A stretch of 64,000 nt of DNA from Candidatus Nanopelagicus sp. (GCA_016462445.1 JAEMTE010000002.1:4981-68980), one strand, 5' to 3'. Counted from the first letter of the stretch, positions 1 to 9,891 are shown. Notes: a model not told the origin generated them from the sequence alone. Numbers and translations are program-made.

Positions 1-1067
1 GTACGAAGACGACGGTTACCAAAATGGTCAATATCATCAGTTTCAACGCGGACCTCTTTGCCGTACTCCATTAATGCATCACCCTTATGAAGTGATACTA
101 AATAACGAATTGTTCCGACAATATCTTCAATAGTTAGTAGGCCACGGCTTAGATCTAACTCAAGACCTAACTTCTTATTAATCTTAAAACGACCAACCTT
201 TGCTAGGTCATAACGCTTAGGATTGAAATAAAGATTCTCAATTAAGTTTTGAGCAGCTTCCTTAGTTGGTGGCTCACCTGGGCGAAGTTTGCGATAAATA
301 TCAAGCAAAGCCTCATCTTGGGTCTCAACATTATCTTTTTCTAAAGTTAAGCGGATTGATTCAAACTCACCAAATTGCTCAAGAATTTGCGCGCTGCTCC
401 AGCCAAGTGCTTTTAAGAATACAGTTACTGATTGCTTACGCTTGCGATCGATTCGAACACCGACCATATCTTTCTTATCAACTTCAAACTCAAGCCATGC
501 ACCACGGCTTGGAATAATTTTTGTTGTGAAAATATCTTTATCAGATGTTTTTTCAATAGTGCGCTCAAAGTAAACACCGGGTGAGCGAACGATCTGAGAA
601 ACAACTACCCGCTCTGTTCCGTTAATTACAAATGTTCCGCGAGGTGTCATTAATGGGAAGTCACCCATGAAAACTGTCTGAGATTTAATTTCACCGGTGA
701 TGTTGTTGGTGAACTCTGCAGTTAAGAAAAGTGGAGCTGCATAAGTAATGTCGCGCTCTTTACACTCTGCGATTGTGTACTTAGGTTGTTCAAATCGATG
801 GTCACGGAAAGAAAGTGACATTGATCCTTGGAAATCTTCAATTGGTGAGATCTCTTCAAAAATTTCCTCAAGTCCAGATTGCTTTGGAACTTCGCCACGA
901 TGAGATTTCTCTGCATCATTTAAGCGCGAGCGCCATGCTTCGTTACCGAGTAACCAATCAATACTTTCTAGTTGTAGCGAAAGTAGATTTGGAACCTCAA
1001 GTGGTTCACGAATCTTTGCGAATGAAACACGACGTGGAGCATGAGATTTAATTTTCGAAGCGGCCAA
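1..1067 (-). CDS. rpoB: DNA-directed RNA polymerase subunit beta (5' part; runs off the window start)
   Basis: Manual translation from TTG at 1067 (GGAGG RBS upstream) gives [32 protein letters not shown], then [33 protein letters not shown]; lies downstream of rplL. Not in the ORF track because it is truncated. Confidence 0.97.
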   Translation of the reverse strand, partial: MAASKIKSHAPRRVSFAKIREPLEVPNLLSLQLESIDWLLGNEAWRSRLNDAEKSHRGEVPKQSGLEEIFEEISPIEDFQGSMSLSFRDHRFEQPKYTIAECKERDITYAAPLFLTAEFTNNITGEIKSQTVFMGDFPLMTPRGTFVINGTERVVVSQIVRSPGVYFERTIEKTSDKDIFTTKIIPSRGAWLEFEVDKKDMVGVRIDRKRKQSVTVFLKALGWSSAQILEQFGEFESIRLTLEKDNVETQDEALLDIYRKLRPGEPPTKEAAQNLIENLYFNPKRYDLAKVGRFKINKKLGLELDLSRGLLTIEDIVGTIRYLVSLHKGDALMEYGKEVRVETDDIDHFGNRRLR

Positions 1068-1150
1068 AGTTTCCTCCAGTTGTCAACTGCGTTAAACGCA
1101 CGGCTACCGCTAGGTCATAGCCGCTATATGCTTGAGACCCTTTGGTTTAT

Positions 1151-1188
1151 AAAAATGTGAAGGGGCAGAGTATCTAACCTCTACCCCT
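1151..1188 (-). terminator. Probable intrinsic terminator after rplL
   Basis: Minus-strand hairpin AGGGGTAGAG-gttagata-CTCTGCCCCT followed by TCACATTTTT. Confidence 0.55.
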
Positions 1189-1196
1189 CCTGTCTA
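1167..1196 (-). promoter_or_regulatory. Putative sigma-A promoter for rpoB
   Basis: TAGACA-18 nt-TACTCT on the minus strand; same 18-nt spacing as other promoters in this window. Confidence 0.5.
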
Positions 1197-1206
1197 ATTC
1201 AAATCT

Positions 1207-1590
1207 TTACTTGATAGTGACCTTTGCGCCAGCAGCCTCAAAAGCAGCTTTTGCCTTATCGGCAGTTGCCTTATCAGCCTTCTCCATAATTGTTGCTGGG
1301 GTAGCATCAACTAGATCCTTTGCCTCTTTTAGGCCCAGGCTGGAGTTAAGTACGCGTACCTCTTTGATAACTGCAATCTTCTGAGATCCAGCATCCTCAA
1401 GGATGATGGTGAACTCATCTTTAGCAGTATCAGCAGCACCAGCGGCAGCGCCAGAAGCAGCTGCGGCAGCAACAGGAGCAGCAGCTGTGACATCAAACTC
1501 AGTCTCAAATGCTTTAACAAACTCTGTTAGTTCAACCAAAGACATGTCTTTGAACTGACCTAATAGATCTACAGTATTTAGCTTTGCCAT
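1207..1590 (-). CDS. rplL: 50S ribosomal protein L7/L12
   Basis: MAKL...[14 protein letters not shown]...KIAVIKEVR...[11 protein letters not shown]; ATG at 1590 preferred from AAGGA RBS spacing. Confidence 0.97.
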   Translation of the reverse strand: MAKLNTVDLLGQFKDMSLVELTEFVKAFETEFDVTAAAPVAAAAASGAAAGAADTAKDEFTIILEDAGSQKIAVIKEVRVLNSSLGLKEAKDLVDATPATIMEKADKATADKAKAAFEAAGAKVTIK

Positions 1591-1655
1591 GTTCATTCCT
1601 TTTCTTCTAATCCCGACTCCAACTCTTGGTATGAGTACGGGGGTTGGGGGTCGGT

Positions 1656-2297
1656 TTAGTTTTCTGTGCTTTCAGCAGCAGGTGCTGCTTCGGCGACAAC
1701 TTCAGGTGTTGCATCTTGTGCAACTGGGGCTTCGGTAGCAGCTTCAGCAACTGGTGTTACTTCAGCAACTACAGGAGCAACTTCAGTAACTACAGGAGCA
1801 ACTGGGGCCGGAGCACCAGCTTCCATCTTGATGCGTAGTGCATCAAATGCGCGAGCAGCCTTTGACATAGATGCCTTCATTGCGCCAGCAATCTTGGCAA
1901 GGAGAACCTCACGAGACTCAAGATTTGCTAACTCCATGATTTCAGCAGTTGTTACCGCTTTGCCTTCAAAGATTCCACCTTTAATAATTAGTAGTGGATT
2001 ATCTTTAGCGAAATCACGTAACGCTTTAGCAGCATCAATTGGGTCACCTTTAATAAATGCCACAGCAGATGGGCCAGCAAGCATCGCTGGATCTAGATCA
2101 ACGCCCGCCTCTTTTGCTGCAATTTTAGTTAAGGTATTTTTTACTACGGAGTACTTGTTTTTAACACCAAGTGAGCGACGTAGTTGCTTTAAAAGAGTAG
2201 CTGACAGTCCGCGGTACTCAGTTAGTACAGTCGCATTTGCGCTACGGAAATCTTCAACGATCTCTGCAACAGCAGCAGTCTTTTCTGGGGTTGCCAT
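1656..2297 (-). CDS. rplJ: 50S ribosomal protein L10 with Ala/Pro/Glu/Val-rich C-terminal tail
   Basis: TEYRGL, VVKNTL, GPSAVAF, KGG motifs; lies between rplA and rplL. Confidence 0.97.
   Translation of the reverse strand: MATPEKTAAVAEIVEDFRSANATVLTEYRGLSATLLKQLRRSLGVKNKYSVVKNTLTKIAAKEAGVDLDPAMLAGPSAVAFIKGDPIDAAKALRDFAKDNPLLIIKGGIFEGKAVTTAEIMELANLESREVLLAKIAGAMKASMSKAARAFDALRIKMEAGAPAPVAPVVTEVAPVVAEVTPVAEAATEAPVAQDATPEVVAEAAPAAESTEN
1759..1800. repeat. 2 x 21-bp in-frame tandem repeat in the rplJ tail
   Basis: acttcagcaactacaggagca / acttcagtaactacaggagca, encoding [14 protein letters not shown]. Confidence 0.85.
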
Positions 2298-2318
2298 TTG
2301 GCATCCTTTCTAAATAAG

Positions 2319-2426
2319 AAAAACCCCGGCGCATAAATGCACACGAGGTTATCGGTTACACCTATGCTGGTTGTTTTTCAACAATTACCTTTTAAAGATT
2401 TACTTTAAAAGACCTGCAGTCTTTGG
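2319..2426 (-). promoter_or_regulatory. L10 leader (rplJ-rplL autoregulatory RNA) with attenuator-like hairpin
   Basis: Minus strand CCAAAGACTGCAGGT...CCAGCATAGGT resembles the L10 leader core; followed by hairpin CCTCG..GTGCAT-TT-ATGCGC-CGGGG plus TTTTT before the rplJ RBS. Confidence 0.75.
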
Positions 2427-2475
2427 TTTTCTGTCTTTCTAATTATTTTATTAATTAGCCTGACTGAATAAGCCA

Positions 2476-2505
2476 AGGGTAGGCGGTGAGGCCTACCCAA
2501 GTCAA
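2476..2505 (-). promoter_or_regulatory. Putative sigma-A promoter for rplJL, overlapping a hairpin
   Basis: TTGACT-18 nt-TACCCT; inverted repeat GGGTAGGC-ctcacc-GCCTACCC spans the spacer and -10. Confidence 0.6.
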
Positions 2506-2515
2506 AATTACTTAT

Positions 2516-3226
2516 TTATTGGATCTGGGCTCCACCATCACGAGCAACTGAGGTATCAAGTTGGATTCCTGGGCTCATTGTGGAAGAAACAGTGGCTGAT
2601 TTAATAAAGCGGCCCTTAGAGGATGATGGCTTAGCCCGCATTACCTCTTCAATTGCAGCGGCGTAATTCTCAGCTAATTGCTCAGCGGTAAATGAAACCT
2701 TACCAATTACAAAGTGCAGGTTTGCATTCTTATCAATACGGAACTCAATCTTTCCGCCTTTAATATCAGTAACTGCTTTAGCAACATTTGTTGTAACAGT
2801 TCCAGTCTTTGGGTTTGGCATCAAGCCGCGAGGTCCAAGAACTTTTCCAAGTCGACCAACCTTTCCCATTAATTCTGGGGTTGAAACAACTGCGTCATAA
2901 TCAAGACGACCTTTTGAAACCTCATCAATTAATTCATCTGCGCCAACAATGTCAGCACCAGCAGCGCGTGCCTCTTCAGCTCGCTCACCACCTGCGAAAA
3001 CTAATACGCGAGCAGTCTTACCAGTTCCATGTGGCAGGTTAACTGTGGAACGGATTGCTTGATCTGCTTTCTTAGGATCTACACCTAGAAATAATGCAAT
3101 ATCAACAGTTGCATCATATTTAACAGTTGAAGTCTCTTTTACTAACTTCATCGCCTCACCTGGCATATAAAGATTATCTTCTTTAATCTTCTCTGCGGCG
3201 GCCTTATATTTCTTACTGCGCTTCAT
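2516..3226 (-). CDS. rplA: 50S ribosomal protein L1
   Basis: [33 protein letters not shown] motifs. Confidence 0.98.
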   Translation of the reverse strand: MKRSKKYKAAAEKIKEDNLYMPGEAMKLVKETSTVKYDATVDIALFLGVDPKKADQAIRSTVNLPHGTGKTARVLVFAGGERAEEARAAGADIVGADELIDEVSKGRLDYDAVVSTPELMGKVGRLGKVLGPRGLMPNPKTGTVTTNVAKAVTDIKGGKIEFRIDKNANLHFVIGKVSFTAEQLAENYAAAIEEVMRAKPSSSKGRFIKSATVSSTMSPGIQLDTSVARDGGAQIQ

Positions 3227-3272
3227 TTCTTCTCCTCTTGGTTAATCTTGAAAGGGTTTTCAAGATTGGGGT

Positions 3273-3306
3273 TGTGGTATTTGCGAACCAGCGAGGTTCT
3301 CCCACA
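3273..3306 (-). promoter_or_regulatory. L1-binding site (23S rRNA mimic) upstream of rplA
   Basis: TGTGG-GA-GAACC-TCGCT-GGTTC-GCAAATA-CCACA reproduces the GUGGGAG...AAAUACCAC core of the 23S L1 site. Confidence 0.75.
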
Positions 3307-3313
3307 TTTGCTA

Positions 3314-3745
3314 TTAATTAGAGACAGTAATACCCATCGAACGAGCAGTACCGGCAATAATTCGGGAAGCCATCTCTAAGTCATTAGCATTTAGATCAAC
3401 CATCTTTTGCTTGGCGATCTCTTCAACCTGTGACTTAGTTAGATTTGCAACCTTATCTTTGTGAGGGATCGCAGATCCCTTTTCAATTCCAGCAGCTTTT
3501 AGGATTAAACGTGATGCTGGTGGAGTTTTAGTAATAAATGTAAATGAGCGATCTTCGAAGACGGTGATCTCAACTGGGATGATGTTTCCTTTTTGACTCT
3601 CAGTTGCAGCGTTGTATGCCTTAACAAAGTCCATGATGTTCACACCATGTTGACCCAGCGCTGGACCTACAGGTGGTGCTGGTGTTGCAGCTCCTGCCTG
3701 AATCTGCAGCTTAATAAGTGCGGTTACCTTCTTCTTCGGTGCCAT
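3314..3745 (-). CDS. rplK: 50S ribosomal protein L11
   Basis: [29 protein letters not shown] motifs. Confidence 0.98.
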   Translation of the reverse strand: MAPKKKVTALIKLQIQAGAATPAPPVGPALGQHGVNIMDFVKAYNAATESQKGNIIPVEITVFEDRSFTFITKTPPASRLILKAAGIEKGSAIPHKDKVANLTKSQVEEIAKQKMVDLNANDLEMASRIIAGTARSMGITVSN

Positions 3746-3767
3746 ATTTTTTCCTTTTCTCTTCTAG

Positions 3768-4484
3768 TTAAATCTTCTGGACTTGATGGAATGAGAGTTC
3801 AACCGGAGTTTCCCGGCCAAAGATTGAAACCAAAACTTTTAACTTTGCTTGCTCTGGCATGATCTCAGAGATAGTTGCTGGCAAAGTAGCAAATGGACCA
3901 TCCATAACAGTGATGGATTCACCAATTGCATAATCAATATCCTTCATATCAATCTTGCCATCCTTCTTAAGTGGGCGAGGAGCCAAGATGTTTTCAACCT
4001 CAGTAAGTGTTAATGGTGATGGATGATGAGCATTTCCTACGAAACCGGTAACGCCAGGTGTATTTCTAACACATGACCAAGACTCATCGGTTAACTCCAT
4101 GCGAACTAATACATAACCTGGAAATACATTGCGCTTAACAACCTTGATTGCGCCATTCTTAAGTTCGCGAACCTCTTCCTCTGGTACTTCAATCTGAAAG
4201 ATGAAATCCTCCATATTTAAAGATTGAATACGGTTTACTAAATTTCCTTTAACCTTCTTCTCATATCCAGCGTATGAGTGAACAACAAACCACTCACCAG
4301 GGGCGTTGCGAAGTGCGGTGCGAAACTCAGAGTTCTCATCATTTTCTTCAGTTGTAGATTCTTCAACTACATCCTCAATTACCGGAGCAATTACCTCTTC
4401 AACTACTGGCGCAGCTTCAGCCACGGCCAGCGCAGCCTCAAATGCATCCACTGGTGGATTGGCAGGCGTATCGATTGACATCAT
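3768..4484 (-). CDS. nusG: Transcription termination/antitermination factor NusG with acidic N-terminal extension
   Basis: [35 protein letters not shown] region and [10 protein letters not shown]. Confidence 0.97.
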   Translation of the reverse strand: MMSIDTPANPPVDAFEAALAVAEAAPVVEEVIAPVIEDVVEESTTEENDENSEFRTALRNAPGEWFVVHSYAGYEKKVKGNLVNRIQSLNMEDFIFQIEVPEEEVRELKNGAIKVVKRNVFPGYVLVRMELTDESWSCVRNTPGVTGFVGNAHHPSPLTLTEVENILAPRPLKKDGKIDMKDIDYAIGESITVMDGPFATLPATISEIMPEQAKLKVLVSIFGRETPVELSFHQVQKI

Positions 4485-4499
4485 TTTTTCCTTTTCGCC

Positions 4500-4724
4500 T
4501 TAGCCAAATACCCAGAAAGTTATTTTGGTCAAAATTAAATCAAAGATTGAAACTACTAAAATAATAAAACTTACGAAAACTAATACCACTGCGGTGTAGG
4601 TAGTTAATTGATTTCGAGTTGGCCAAACAACCTTTGTTAACTCTGAAATAACTTGGCGATAGAACAGGGCAATGCGACCAAAGAACCCAGTTGATTCTTC
4701 AGTTGAGATGATCTCTTCGCTCAT
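4500..4724 (-). CDS. secE: Preprotein translocase subunit SecE
   Basis: ELTKVVWPTR motif plus one TM helix; lies between tRNA-Trp and nusG. Confidence 0.95.
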   Translation of the reverse strand: MSEEIISTEESTGFFGRIALFYRQVISELTKVVWPTRNQLTTYTAVVLVFVSFIILVVSIFDLILTKITFWVFG

Positions 4725-4768
4725 CTACCTATTCCTTCTCTCTTGTTAAATCTTTTTAAAACTACTTG

Positions 4769-4842
4769 CAGGGCAGGAGGGACTCGAACCCCCAACCGGC
4801 CGCTTTGGAGACGGCAACTCTAGCCAATTGAGCTACTGCCCT
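4769..4842 (-). tRNA. tRNA-Trp (CCA)
   Basis: AGGGCAG acceptor stem, TAGCTCAATTGG D-arm, anticodon loop CT-CCA-AA, GGTTCGAGTCC T-loop; 3' CCA not encoded. Confidence 0.95.
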
Positions 4843-4897
4843 TTGTCCCGAATTAAGGCATGAAAAATCATGACCTAATACAAGCGCCGGGGGAGAA

Positions 4898-4927
4898 AGT
4901 GTAGATGAGGTGAAGGGGAAAGGTAAA
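4898..4927 (-). promoter_or_regulatory. Putative promoter of tRNA-Trp-secE-nusG
   Basis: TTTACC-18 nt-TACACT followed by a GC-rich discriminator. Confidence 0.55.
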
Positions 4928-4979
4928 ACTGAGATAAATATGAAGCCACTTCTAGGCGTAGATGGCAGACTGTCCCCCC

Positions 4980-6194
4980 ATGAGCGCATCTGAAAAACCT
5001 AGAGTTTCAAAGCGAATTGCTGCGATTGCAGAATCTGCAACTCTTGCAGTTGATAGCAAAGCAAAAGCATTAAAAGCTGCAGGCAGGCCAGTAATTGGTT
5101 TTGGCGCTGGTGAACCAGATTTTCCAACACCTGATTACATTGTTAATGCTGCAATTGAAGCAGCAAAGATTCCAGCTAACCACCGCTACACCCCAGTTGC
5201 AGGTCTTCCGGAGTTGCGTGAAGCAATTGTTAAAAAAACTAAACGCGATTCAAATTATGAGATAACAGTAGATCAGGTGTTAGTAACAAATGGCGGTAAG
5301 CAGGCTGTTAACCAAGCCTTTGCCACACTACTTGATCCAGGTGATGAGGTAATTGTGCCATCCCCGTACTGGACAACATATCCAGAGTGCATAAGCCTTG
5401 CCGGTGGAAAGATGATTGAAGTATTTGCTGATGAATCACAAAATTATTTAGTAACTATTGAACAGCTAGAAAAGGCTCGCACACCAAAAACTAAGATGCT
5501 GTTATTTTGTTCACCAATTAATCCAACTGGTGCGGTCTACTCACCAGAGCAGGTGAAAGAAATTGGCCAATGGGCACTTAAAAATAATTTGTGGGTATTA
5601 GCTGATGAGATCTATGAGCATTTACTTTATGATGGAGCAAAAGCGCCAAGTATCTGTGTTGCAGTTCCTGAGTTAGCAGATCACACAATTATCGTAAATG
5701 GTGTTGCTAAAACCTATGCTATGACTGGTTGGCGAGTGGGCTGGATGATTGGTCCTAAAGATATTATTAAAGCTGCAACAAATCTGCACTCTCACTCCAC
5801 AGCGAATGTCGCAAATGTTTCTCAGCGAGCAGCAATAGCAGCACTTAATGGTGATCTATCTGCTGTGCATAAGATGGGTGAGGCATTTGATCGACGACGT
5901 AAATTAATTGTTAAGTTATTAAATGAAATCCCAGGAGTTATCTGCCCAACCCCAACTGGTGCTTTCTATGTTTATCCATCAGTTAAAGGTGTATTGGGCA
6001 AAGAAATTAGAGGAAAGCGCCCTAAAACATCTGCTGAGCTTGCAACTTTAATATTAGAAGAGGTTGAAGTGGCCGCAGTTCCTGGTGAAGCTTTTGGCCC
6101 ATCTGGATACTTACGTTTTTCATATGCAACAAGTGATGAGGATATTGTTGAAGGAATTGGCAGGGTTAAGAAACTTCTTAGTGAAGCAATTTAG
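4980..6194 (+). CDS. PLP-dependent aminotransferase class I (aspartate aminotransferase-like)
   Basis: [37 protein letters not shown] motifs; start 4980 preferred over 4962. Confidence 0.92.
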   Translation: MSASEKPRVSKRIAAIAESATLAVDSKAKALKAAGRPVIGFGAGEPDFPTPDYIVNAAIEAAKIPANHRYTPVAGLPELREAIVKKTKRDSNYEITVDQVLVTNGGKQAVNQAFATLLDPGDEVIVPSPYWTTYPECISLAGGKMIEVFADESQNYLVTIEQLEKARTPKTKMLLFCSPINPTGAVYSPEQVKEIGQWALKNNLWVLADEIYEHLLYDGAKAPSICVAVPELADHTIIVNGVAKTYAMTGWRVGWMIGPKDIIKAATNLHSHSTANVANVSQRAAIAALNGDLSAVHKMGEAFDRRRKLIVKLLNEIPGVICPTPTGAFYVYPSVKGVLGKEIRGKRPKTSAELATLILEEVEVAAVPGEAFGPSGYLRFSYATSDEDIVEGIGRVKKLLSEAI

Positions 6195-7216
6195 TTTAAA
6201 TCTAACCCAACTAATTGCACCTCAGCTTGTAATTTAATTCCAAACTTCTCAAATACCTTAGCCCTAGCCATCTTTGCTAACTCAACAATGTCATTTGCAG
6301 TTGCATTGCCAGAGTTAGTTAATGCTAAAACATGTTTGCTAGAGATTTGAGCACCAGCTAATTTGTCGCCCTTAGTAACGCCAGCATGCTCCATAAGCCA
6401 TGCAGCTGAGGTTTTAACCTTGCCATCTGTCTGAGGCCAGCGGGGAGCATCTGCTGGTAATTTTTCAGCAATCTCTTTACTTAAGATTGGATTGATAAAA
6501 AATGAACCAGCAGAGAGTATCTGTTGATCTTTTGTATCTATCAACATTCCCTTACTGCCTCTAAGTTCTAATACCGCTTTACGAACTGCAGCAACGGGGG
6601 CTTTGTCTCCTAAATTTACCGATAGATGTTTAGCAAGCTCAGCATAGGAAATTGGCAGTGACAGTTCACCTTTTCGCAATTGGAAGGTAACACTTAAAAT
6701 TACATATCGGCCACTCTCTTCTTTAAAAATAGAGTTGCGGTAGGAGAAATTACACATTTGATTTGTAAAGGTGACTATCTCACTTTTCTTGCGATCAAAG
6801 ACTCTTACCCTGGCAATAGTTTCACTTACCTCGTGTCCATATGCGCCAATGTTTTGAATTGGCGCTCCCCCAACAGTTCCAGGTATTCCACTTAATGATT
6901 CAAGATCTGCAAAACCTTTTTCAATTGTTAACTCTACAAACTTATCCCAATCCTCACCAGCGGATACTTCGATCATTCCGCCGCTGCAAGCATCGTAGTC
7001 AAGTGCGTTTCCTTTGCTTTCAACTCTAATCACAGTTCCGGCAAAGCCTGAATCACTTATTAATAAATTAGATCCGCCGCCTAAAATTAATACTTGCTCA
7101 CCTGATTTATCTGCAGCCTTAACAAACTCAATTAACTCATCCTCATTATGAGCATGCACAATCTTTTGAGCAGGTCCGCCAACTCTAAGTGTTGTGAAGT
7201 TTGATAATGATTCCAT
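6191..7216 (-). CDS. murB: UDP-N-acetylenolpyruvoylglucosamine reductase
   Basis: [48 protein letters not shown] motifs. Confidence 0.96.
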   Translation of the reverse strand: MESLSNFTTLRVGGPAQKIVHAHNEDELIEFVKAADKSGEQVLILGGGSNLLISDSGFAGTVIRVESKGNALDYDACSGGMIEVSAGEDWDKFVELTIEKGFADLESLSGIPGTVGGAPIQNIGAYGHEVSETIARVRVFDRKKSEIVTFTNQMCNFSYRNSIFKEESGRYVILSVTFQLRKGELSLPISYAELAKHLSVNLGDKAPVAAVRKAVLELRGSKGMLIDTKDQQILSAGSFFINPILSKEIAEKLPADAPRWPQTDGKVKTSAAWLMEHAGVTKGDKLAGAQISSKHVLALTNSGNATANDIVELAKMARAKVFEKFGIKLQAEVQLVGLDLN

Positions 7217-7225
7217 TACCTAAGC

Positions 7226-7912
7226 CTACCTGCGAGGTGAGAGGATCTCATTTTTTCCTCTAAACCGATCTAAAATTCTCTGATAATTCTTGCGAGAATT
7301 TTTATCCCGATAATCTGGATCAGTATCGTAGTAACCGTGGTGTCGGCCTTGCTCAAGAGGTAAGTCAATCTGCATTAACTTTCCACCGGCTGCTCTTATT
7401 ACAAGTGATAACTCAAGATCAGCATTTCGATAATACTTAGCACTTGGATTAGCACCCCCTGCTTTTAATGCAAACGTACGATCAATAGCCATGAAGTAAC
7501 TAAAAAGCACATCAACCTCACCAGCTCCTTTATCATCGGTGGTGCGCCACTCATCTTCTAAATTTACTAAGCCACCTTTCCAGCCAGCAGCTTGGTAGCC
7601 TGATCCAAGAGCAGAGAGTGTTTCTGGGATTGGATCCCCAGTAAATACAGTTGAAGGATCCATAATTACTAAGTAATCCTCAGTAAAAGTATTTAGAAAA
7701 TGATTAATTACATTGCCCCAGCCAAGTGGGTTTTTTTCTTGGGTAATGCTGACCTGTTTTGAATTAAATAGATCCTCAGCAAGCCAATTACTCTTACCAT
7801 TGGCATAAATGCTTACTGGAGTTTGAGTGTGTTTTGTAATGGAAGAAACACAGGTAATTAAGTCCTCGGTAAAGCCCTCTGCAATTAAGCAGATGCGAAT
7901 TGACCCAGCCAT
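7226..7912 (-). CDS. Glycosyltransferase family 2-like protein
   Basis: GT-A-like layout: YLVIMDPST (degenerate DxD), VDVLFSYFMAIDR, YYRNADLELSL. Confidence 0.55.
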   Translation of the reverse strand: MAGSIRICLIAEGFTEDLITCVSSITKHTQTPVSIYANGKSNWLAEDLFNSKQVSITQEKNPLGWGNVINHFLNTFTEDYLVIMDPSTVFTGDPIPETLSALGSGYQAAGWKGGLVNLEDEWRTTDDKGAGEVDVLFSYFMAIDRTFALKAGGANPSAKYYRNADLELSLVIRAAGGKLMQIDLPLEQGRHHGYYDTDPDYRDKNSRKNYQRILDRFRGKNEILSPRR

Positions 7913-7925
7913 TGGCGGGTGTTAA

Positions 7926-8096
7926 TTAACGAGTTTCGCGGTGAAGTTGTGAAGATTTGCAACGTGGGCAAAACTTCTTTAGCTCTAGCCGATCTGGATC
8001 ATTACGACGATTCTTGCGTGTGATGTAGTTGCGCTCTTTGCACTCAACACATGCCATTGTAATTTTTGGACGAACATCTGCACTTTTACTTGCCAT
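7926..8096 (-). CDS. rpmG: 50S ribosomal protein L33 (zinc-ribbon, Cys-containing form)
   Basis: Manual translation [56 protein letters not shown]; AGGAG RBS; absent from the ORF track (56 aa). Confidence 0.97.
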   Translation of the reverse strand: MASKSADVRPKITMACVECKERNYITRKNRRNDPDRLELKKFCPRCKSSQLHRETR

Positions 8097-8221
8097 GGTT
8101 GAGCTCCTAGCCTTGTAGTTAAATTAACTGTTGTTAATTTCTTTGGGTGAGATTACCTGACCTGCATCATTTACTGAAATTGATGCGTAATTCTCACCTT
8201 ACTTCACATCTTTATTACTTG

Positions 8222-8295
8222 TAGCGGAGGCGGGATTTGAACCCACGACACAGCGATTATGAGCCGCTTGCTCTACCAAGCTGAGCTACCCCGCC
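8222..8295 (-). tRNA. tRNA-Met (CAT), elongator type
   Basis: GGCGGGGTAGCTCAG...AGCGG-CTCATAA-TCGCT...GGTTCAAATCC; lacks the initiator C1 mismatch and GGG/CCC anticodon stem. Confidence 0.9.
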
Positions 8296-8331
8296 AAGCT
8301 TTTAAATCTTTCAATATTTATTTGTTAATCG

Positions 8332-8404
8332 AGCCCCCTAACGGAATCGAACCGTTGACCTTTTCCTTACCATGGAAACACTCTACCAACTGAGCTAAGG
8401 GGGC
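8332..8404 (-). tRNA. tRNA-Thr (GGT)
   Basis: GCCCCCTTAGCTCAGTTGGTAGAG...TTTCC-AT-GGT-AA-GGAAA...GGTTCGATTCC. Confidence 0.95.
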
Positions 8405-8417
8405 GAAGTGCTGGCTA

Positions 8418-8447
8418 AGGATACAACCCACCTTTATTAAATACGAA
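8418..8447 (-). promoter_or_regulatory. Putative promoter for tRNA-Thr/tRNA-Met/rpmG
   Basis: TTCGTA-18 nt-TATCCT, 13 nt upstream of tRNA-Thr. Confidence 0.55.
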
Positions 8448-8459
8448 TTGAAGGCTTAA

Positions 8460-9854
8460 TTACTTTAAGTAAGCCTTACTTGCAATCTCAATACGCCTAT
8501 TTTTATAAGCCGATGATGCTCCAGTAACAAGATGTTCAAATGGATCACCAATTTTTATTAATTTACCTAATTGCTCACCATCATTGCCTTCAATAATTCT
8601 TATCGCACCAGCTTTAGAAATTTTCACATCTTTATGGGGTTTAACCATGCGGTAGGCAACAGTTATTAATTGAAGTGCTGAATAGACAGTTCCACGCCAG
8701 CCTCTACCAAAAATATCTTGGATCTTTAATCTAAATTTGATCCCAACCATCCCGCTTTCATCCTTATCAGGCTTACTTATCAACTCTTTAAAAATATTTG
8801 CAACCTCACCTGCGCCAACCGCGGCAGGAAGGGTTGCACAGTTTATAGATAGCTCTTCTCGTAGATTTGCATCAATCAATTTAGAAACATTAAGAGTGAT
8901 CTGATTTAAATTAGATTGATCAACAGTTAGTGCCATTTTATTATCACCTGCCCAAGCCGCCCTTGCTGTCTGATTATCTGTTCCCCTAGTGTTGGGGATA
9001 AATAATGTTGGTATTTTTGCTGCTAACTCTTCATGCACACTGTTATATCCAGCAGCGCAGATGGCGGCATCAAATGCATTTAAGACATTTGCTAGTGGAA
9101 AATGTCGGATTACTTTTAGGTCAAGGCCGATAGGGGCGAGAATTTCACCAGTTGTCGTAACCGGTTCTTTAGTTAATACCACCTGCAACTGTGGCCAAGA
9201 GATTAACCCCTTTAAAGCTGCAGTCATTTTGGCATTTAAATCTGCCTCACCAATACCTAGTTGCACCAGGACTGCCGGCCGGTTTTTATCTAAGCCAATT
9301 AAATCTCTTGCTGCGTCTTTGCTTAAGGCAGTTTGTGGATTATAAATTGAGATTGGCTTAACTAAAACTGCATCTGATCTGCCTGATGTTGGTCCTTTGT
9401 CATAACTTTGACCATAATCACCTGGTGTAATAATTAAATCCATCATCTTTGATTGCAGATTTAATAAATACCGCTGTGATGTTTTTTGCCAGAAGCCTCT
9501 TCGTACCCAGACTAGTTTTACTTTTGGCCTAATGCTTTTTACTCCAATAATTCCTGGGTATGGCACCACGCCATCAAAGCTAATAATCTTTGCATTGGTT
9601 TCATCTATTAATGCAACGATCCGATCTCGTAAATATCTATCCCACTCAAATCTACCCATCCACTTTCGATCTCTTCCAGGCACATATTCAAAACCAACAT
9701 CGGCAATTTTTGGTACCTCAACCACGCCAGATGCCATTGAAATGATTATTGGATTTGCAAAACTCTTTAATTCAGCAGCCACCGCACTTGCCCGCGTTAG
9801 ATGCCCCATGCCGATTCCATTACTTGTCGCTAGAATAATGGTTGGCTTTTCCAT
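8460..9854 (-). CDS. GT-B fold glycosyltransferase (GT28 C-terminal-like domain)
   Basis: N-terminal SNGIGMGHLTR and C-terminal FDAAICAAGYNSVHE...PTLFIP...DNQ..RA motifs. Confidence 0.8.
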   Translation of the reverse strand: MEKPTIILATSNGIGMGHLTRASAVAAELKSFANPIIISMASGVVEVPKIADVGFEYVPGRDRKWMGRFEWDRYLRDRIVALIDETNAKIISFDGVVPYPGIIGVKSIRPKVKLVWVRRGFWQKTSQRYLLNLQSKMMDLIITPGDYGQSYDKGPTSGRSDAVLVKPISIYNPQTALSKDAARDLIGLDKNRPAVLVQLGIGEADLNAKMTAALKGLISWPQLQVVLTKEPVTTTGEILAPIGLDLKVIRHFPLANVLNAFDAAICAAGYNSVHEELAAKIPTLFIPNTRGTDNQTARAAWAGDNKMALTVDQSNLNQITLNVSKLIDANLREELSINCATLPAAVGAGEVANIFKELISKPDKDESGMVGIKFRLKIQDIFGRGWRGTVYSALQLITVAYRMVKPHKDVKISKAGAIRIIEGNDGEQLGKLIKIGDPFEHLVTGASSAYKNRRIEIASKAYLK

Positions 9855-9891
9855 GAAATAAGTATAACTACAACTAAGTTAGGCAGACCTG

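Noticed and set aside
266-1051. Three short ORFs (266-517, 722-919, 815-1051)
   Set aside because: All lie inside the truncated rpoB coding region.
1666-2313. 215-aa plus-strand ORF antisense to rplJ, and the many other antisense ORFs over nuo, men, clpC, radA and lysS
   Set aside because: Shadow frames of well-supported genes, with no recognisable motifs or start signals.
4762-4989. 75-aa minus-strand ORF
   Set aside because: It runs through tRNA-Trp and its promoter, so it is spurious.
8146-8198. Hairpin considered as SRP RNA because it contains GGTCAGGT
   Set aside because: It lacks the CCGGAAGGAAGCAGC domain IV motif and is too short.
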